The translations under genes and the position numbers were made by a program. From Gammaproteobacteria bacterium (GTDB lineage Bacteria; Pseudomonadota; Gammaproteobacteria; Steroidobacterales; GCA-2729495): a stretch of 64,000 bases of DNA. The stretch is from contig JAHDYM010000005.1 of assembly GCA_023383705.1 (NCBI GenBank), forward strand, positions 2,695 through 66,694, read 5' to 3'. The notes under the pieces are model-generated. The model was not told where the DNA came from. It saw nothing but the letters and a program-made list of their open reading frames with translations, and ran no database searches. This document shows, piece by piece, positions 62,756 through 64,000 of this stretch. Each line of letters begins with the position of its first letter. Position 1 is the stretch's first letter.

Positions 62756-63853
62756 GTGTTTGAGCCGCCCGGGCTCGACTATTGGCAAAGTCGCCCGGGA
62801 GAGTCTGCCGTGGAGCTGCACGAAACCAGGGATCCGCACATCATCGCCGGCTGGGCCGTTGCGGTAGCCCAGGCGCTGGATGCGCGCGGGCTCGACAGCC
62901 GCGCGATCTTCAATGCCGCCGGCATCGACCTGGCTAACGCCCGGGTCCCGACCACCCGCTTTCCGGCAACGGCCATGAGCCGCGTTTACGAGCTGGCCGA
63001 TGCGGCCACCAATGATCCTTCCTTCGGGCTGTCGATCGCCGAGTTCGTGCACGCCACCTCGCTGCATGCGCTGGGCTTCTCGCTGCTTGCGAGCAGCACG
63101 CTCGAATCCTTCTGCCGGCGGGTGGTGCGTTACTTCCGCCTGGTCAGCACCAACGCCGACTGCCAGATGGAGCGTACCGCCACCGAGTACCGCCTGGTCA
63201 TGACGCCCACCATGGATCGCCAGCAGTACTATCCGCAGGATGCCTGGATGGCCACCGCGGTGCGATTCATGCGCGAAATCTACCGCCCGGACTTCGCCCC
63301 CCTGTCGGTCTGCCTGAGCCGGCCCCGGCCGCGGGAGAAGGTGCAGCGCTTCGAACAGTTTTTTGGCACAACGGTCGTCTACGGTTGCCCGACCAACAGC
63401 CTGATACTCGACCCGCGCGTGATGAGCCTCGAGCTGCCGGCAGCCAATGCCGAGCTGGCCCGGCAGAACGATGCCGTGGTCATGGCCCTGCTGGCACGCA
63501 TGGACCGCGACGACATCATCGCCCGGGTGCGCGCCCTGTTCATCGAGCTGCTGCCCTCCGGGGAATGCAGCAAGGAGAAGGTTGCCGCGCGCCTCAACAT
63601 GAGCGATCGCTCCCTGCAGAGCAAACTGGCGATTCGCAACACGAGTTATCGCAACCTGCTCAACGAGACCCGCCGGGAACTGGCCCAGCTCTATATCCGC
63701 CAGGGCCTGCACTCGGTCAGCGAGGTGACCTACCTGCTGGGTTTTGCCGATGTCAGCAGCTTTTCCCGGGCCTTCCGCAGCTGGGAGGGGCTTTCGCCCA
63801 GCGAATACAAGGACCAGTCCCTGGGCCGGCGGTCCGGGGCCACGGTCGAGTAG
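62756..63853 (+). CDS. AraC-family transcriptional regulator (OruR/ArgR-type N-terminal domain)
   Basis: The long ORF starting at 61706 overlaps gcdH. The true start is probably GTG 62756 or GTG 62810. The C-terminal part is KVAARLNMSDRSLQSKL...SVSEVTYLLGFADVSSFSRAFRSWEGLSPSEY. Confidence 0.75.
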   Translation: MFEPPGLDYWQSRPGESAVELHETRDPHIIAGWAVAVAQALDARGLDSRAIFNAAGIDLANARVPTTRFPATAMSRVYELADAATNDPSFGLSIAEFVHATSLHALGFSLLASSTLESFCRRVVRYFRLVSTNADCQMERTATEYRLVMTPTMDRQQYYPQDAWMATAVRFMREIYRPDFAPLSVCLSRPRPREKVQRFEQFFGTTVVYGCPTNSLILDPRVMSLELPAANAELARQNDAVVMALLARMDRDDIIARVRALFIELLPSGECSKEKVAARLNMSDRSLQSKLAIRNTSYRNLLNETRRELAQLYIRQGLHSVSEVTYLLGFADVSSFSRAFRSWEGLSPSEYKDQSLGRRSGATVE

Positions 63854-64000
63854 CCGCCCGCCCCGCTGCCCTGTCCCGGGGAGCCCCGGCGGGACCACCC
63901 GTCTGGCCGCCCCGTAACCGGCAAATCCCGCTCCGGGCCCCGGGTTTCGGCAGTCCCGGCCGGGCTCGGGACCGGCCGATTTGAAAAAAACCGCCGGCCC

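Noticed and set aside
1-64000. Scan for CRISPR arrays, tRNA/rRNA genes, IS elements, integrases or prophage genes
   Set aside because: I found no regularly spaced direct repeats, no cloverleaf-like conserved tRNA segments in the intergenic regions, and no transposase-, integrase- or phage-structural-like translations in the ORF track. This is a by-eye scan only, and small RNAs cannot be excluded.
63960-64000. Possible terminator hairpin with an A7 run at the right edge (…CGGCCGATTTGAAAAAAACCGCCGGCCC)
   Set aside because: The structure is cut by the window end and the stem cannot be completed. Its strand and the gene it belongs to cannot be determined.

Overview
High-GC proteobacterial chromosomal segment (probably gammaproteobacterial), densely coding, with no rRNA, tRNA, CRISPR array, transposase or integrase that I could recognise. 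All calls come from reading the supplied ORF translations and the DNA by eye; no search was run.

Gene map, left to right:
- djlA 3' end, rpe, and a REP-like palindrome.
- crp/vfr-like regulator and a higBA-like toxin-antitoxin pair.
- An 8-gene minus-strand hydrolase/oxidoreductase operon of unassigned pathway (2691-11204).
- Diverging from that operon, a DMSO-reductase-family Mo enzyme with FeS subunit, NrfD-like anchor and fdhD (11479-16537).
- A methyltransferase.
- The DUF1329/DUF1302 plus BNR-lipoprotein/HAE3-type RND cluster.
- An envelope polysaccharide/LPS block: wzi, three glycosyltransferases, a TagF-like protein and yejM.
- A molybdate block preceded by a textbook ModE operator: TonB-dependent receptor, small SUOX-fold periplasmic protein, modE, modABC.
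- A roughly 9.6 kb, eight-gene composite type I R-M operon (37971-47572).
- A small secreted protein and a hemerythrin.
- Two divergent xanthine-dehydrogenase/CoxLMS-family operons followed by amidohydrolase-type genes.
- An AraC regulator, gcdH, and a second AraC regulator.

Most interesting locus: the R-M operon is hsdS(half)-hsdM-rhuM-hsdS-SLATT-SMODS-hsdR-M48 peptidase. Six junctions have start/stop overlaps and the seventh (SMODS/hsdR) has a 2-nt gap. A small 2-TM SLATT-type membrane protein and a minimal Pol-beta/SMODS nucleotidyltransferase therefore sit between the specificity and restriction subunits. This is a CBASS-like or Hailong-like NTase-plus-membrane-effector module wired directly into a restriction system.
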